In this document: one piece after another, positions 61,999 to 64,000 of the stretch | How positions within the stretch are numbered: the stretch's first letter is position 1 | Layout: each line of letters starts with the position of its first letter | Translations under genes and position numbers: made by a program | NCBI GenBank assembly: GCA_043228905.1 | Contig: JBHGNT010000012.1 | Location: 9,734,001-9,798,000, forward strand | DNA: 64,000 bases | Reading direction: 5' to 3' | Source: Azolla caroliniana | Taxonomy: Eukaryota; Plantae; Polypodiophyta | Notes under the pieces: generated by a model | What the model saw: the letters and a program-made list of their open reading frames with translations, nothing else | Database searches by the model: none | What the model was told of the DNA's origin: nothing

Positions 61999-62250
61999 TT
62001 AGCGAATTGAAAAAATCTAGCATTGCCAAACTTTTCATGAAATAACAACTATGTTAATCTTGTATAAAAGAGGGCCATAAAAAATTCTAAGTGTGCCCTT
62101 TCTTCGACCTAATACTTGCGTTGCACATTGATGTGCTGAACATTGTTGCCCATTGACTTAAATTGACACCACTTATTATAGAACTCTCTTTTTTAACACT
62201 ATTTTGCAATTTTATAAATGGTGTACCTCTTTTGATGTCATCAACACATC

Positions 62251-62330
62251 GATAATTAACCCGAGTTGTCTAAGGCGTTGGATTTAGGCTCCAATTCGAA
62301 ATGACGTGCGTGCAAATCCCACAACTGTCA
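62251..62330 (+). pseudogene. tRNA-Leu(TAG) pseudogene
   Basis: Degenerate copy. Confidence 0.7.
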
Positions 62331-62575
62331 TTAGTGAATTAAAATAATCTAGCATTACAAAAAAATAATCTACTACGTTATTCTTGGCCATAATAGGGCG
62401 CCACAAAAATTTAAACATATTCCTTCTTTGATCTAGTGCTTGCAGTGCACATTGATATGCTTAACACTATTGCATAGTGACCTAAATTGACACCACTGAA
62501 AATATCACTTTCTTTTTTAATACTCTTTGGCCACTTGATTTAAGTGTACACTTCCTTTGATATCATCAACCCATC

Positions 62576-62655
62576 GACAATTTGGCTGAGTGGTCTAAGG
62601 CGTTGGGTTTACGCTCCAATCCGTAAGGGTGTGGTATCTAATTCCACAATTGTCA
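62576..62655 (+). pseudogene. tRNA-Leu-derived pseudogene
   Basis: B-box lost. Confidence 0.7.
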
Positions 62656-62797
62656 TTAGAGAATTGAATAATGTAGCATTACCAAACATTTAATGAAATA
62701 AATACTACGTTATCCTTGTACAAACAAGGGCCATAATTTTAGTACTCTTTGGCCACTTGATTTAAGTGTACACTTCCTTTGATATCATCAACCCATC

Positions 62798-62877
62798 GAC
62801 AATTTGCCTGAGTGGTCTAATGCGTTGGGTTTAGGCTCCAATCTGTAAGGGCGTGGTATCTAATTCCACAGTTTTCA
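62798..62877 (+). pseudogene. tRNA-Leu(TAG) pseudogene
   Basis: Local duplicate of the previous copy. Confidence 0.7.
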
Positions 62878-62945
62878 TTAGAGAATTGAAATAATGTAGC
62901 ATTACCAAACATTTAATGAAATAAATACTACGTTATCCTTGTACA

Positions 62946-64000
62946 TGTTAATCCTAGGGCCGGACAACAGCCTAACATAGGGTGTCCACTTACGACACTT
63001 CACCAAAGGGTGGTACGGCAGAATGACTTATGACACAAAGCTTAATTAGACCTTAATTGGTTACTTAGCAATCCGTAATTAACACGCGTAAGATATAACA
63101 TTGAATACAGAACGGTAATCAACACTGGAAGATTAAGACAATAAGCTCTATTAATTATCCGCTCTCGATTACATTATAACCGGGCCTTTATATAGGTCTC
63201 CGGTGCGAAATACAAAACGGTGCCAAACGGCACCTTTACAGGATTGGTCCGGATCCGGATCGGCATACTGATTCCGGTCCGTCCGTCCACATCTTCTCAT
63301 ATATTACTATAAATTTTAAGACTACTAATTACAACAGTTCCCGAATAAACTATTCCTTTCACACTCTGGTTTGGACCTCCTTAAGCCTTCTTGCCAGCCG
63401 GTAACACATGGCACGCCCGTGGGACAGTACCTTGTACGTCGAACCCATTATCCGGCCCTTTTACGCTTCGTCCAAAATGTCCAGAATGCTTTGCTCAAAA
63501 ATTTCCAATGGCTTGTCGGGAATCTGTTGTTGCTGTTGTGGCTGTTGCTGTTGCTGTTGTTGTTCCGTTTGTGGTTGCGGCTGCTGCTCCGTTTGTGCCT
63601 TCTCCGTTTGGGGTTGCGGCTTCGTTTGTCGTTGTGGCACCGGCGTTTCCTGCGTTGGTTCCTCCGTCGGAGTTGTTTCTGGCTGACTGACCATGGCCTA
63701 GTCCCCGTCTGGTCCTAGTCCCGACAACGTTTCCTCATCACTAAGGTTGACCGTTGTCGCCTTTCTCGCTTTTTCTTCCCGCAACCGAAACCGCTCATAG
63801 CTCTCAAACTGGATTTGAGCCTCCAGCCGATCGTCGTCCAGTTGAGCTACGAGCTGTCGGACCTGTACCAATTGTTCATCCGCCAGGGCTATGAAATCTT
63901 CGGCCAGCTCATCCCTTATGATGGTGAAGTCCTCTGATGTCAGCGTATAACAGTCGTCGCCCTCCTTCGGCCAGTTTTCCACGTCCGCCCTAAGCAATTG
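62946..64000 (-). mobile_element. G6: 3' end of a G5-family Gypsy inserted in the Leu array (3' LTR 62946-63406 and extra-ORF C-terminus)
   Basis: LTR homologous to 33992-34441; ORFs 63698-63997 and 63461-63694 homologous to the G3 extra ORF, ending QSILDILDEA*. Confidence 0.87.
63409..63447 (-). promoter_or_regulatory. tRNA-Arg(UCU) 3'-end mimic (antisense PBS) at the PPT position of G6
   Basis: Element sense TGGGTTCGA-C-GTAC AAG GTAC-T-GTCCCACGGGCGTGCCA, then TG, then LTR TGTTAC. Confidence 0.78.

Larger units (their letters stand above)
60991..62945 (+). repeat. tRNA-Leu(TAG) tandem array, 6 copies
   Basis: Copies at 61194-61274, 61527-61606, 61919-61998, 62251-62330, 62576-62655, 62798-62877. 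Confidence 0.92.

Noticed and set aside
62576-62655. Anticodon-switched tRNAs (TAC or TAA variants in some Leu copies)
   Set aside because: These copies have broken B-boxes or stems; the changes look like neutral decay.
63409-63425. Ordinary 5' PBS of a plus-strand element
   Set aside because: The homologous LTR at 33992-34441 has its PBS and gag on the opposite side, and in G2 and G3 the same motif lies downstream of pol, so it marks the 3' end.
63408-63686. Cys-rich metallothionein-like ORF (also 36269-36592)
   Set aside because: Antisense reading of the poly-Gln tail of the Gypsy extra ORF.
1-64000. Host protein-coding genes
   Set aside because: All recognisable coding motifs are retroelement-derived; the other ORFs are antisense or frame shadows.

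Overview
Heterochromatin-like, host-gene-free region of a land-plant nuclear genome. A non-seed plant such as a fern is likely, an inference from the Tcn1-type chromovirus and the non-chromoviral Gypsy types. The window is a stack of nested LTR retrotransposons. G1 (minus, 1-28463) carries a 255-bp LTR-like insert, Gypsy G2 (593-15820, itself carrying Copia C1 and a hAT MITE) and chromovirus G4 (21243-27421). G3 (35846-46612) carries Copia C2. There is one near-intact, very young Tcn1/Tf1-sushi-type chromovirus (48325-54259) with apparently identical LTRs, an 11-nt self-primer and a -1 frameshift pseudoknot, plus several fragments. Two things stand out. (1) Tandem arrays built from tRNA-Leu(TAG) (~330-bp unit, 10+6 copies) and tRNA-His(GTG) (~0.9-kb higher-order unit) are joined by a truncated LTR element, and the composite occurs twice in inverted orientation. 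(2) Three related non-chromoviral Gypsy elements have no polypurine tract. At that position they carry a sense copy of a tRNA-Arg(UCU) 3' end (T-arm to CCA, with a covarying inserted hairpin) ending exactly 2 nt before the 3' LTR. This amounts to a second, antisense primer-binding site and suggests tRNA-primed plus-strand synthesis. Reference tRNA sequences were recalled from memory and identities were judged by eye; no searches were run.
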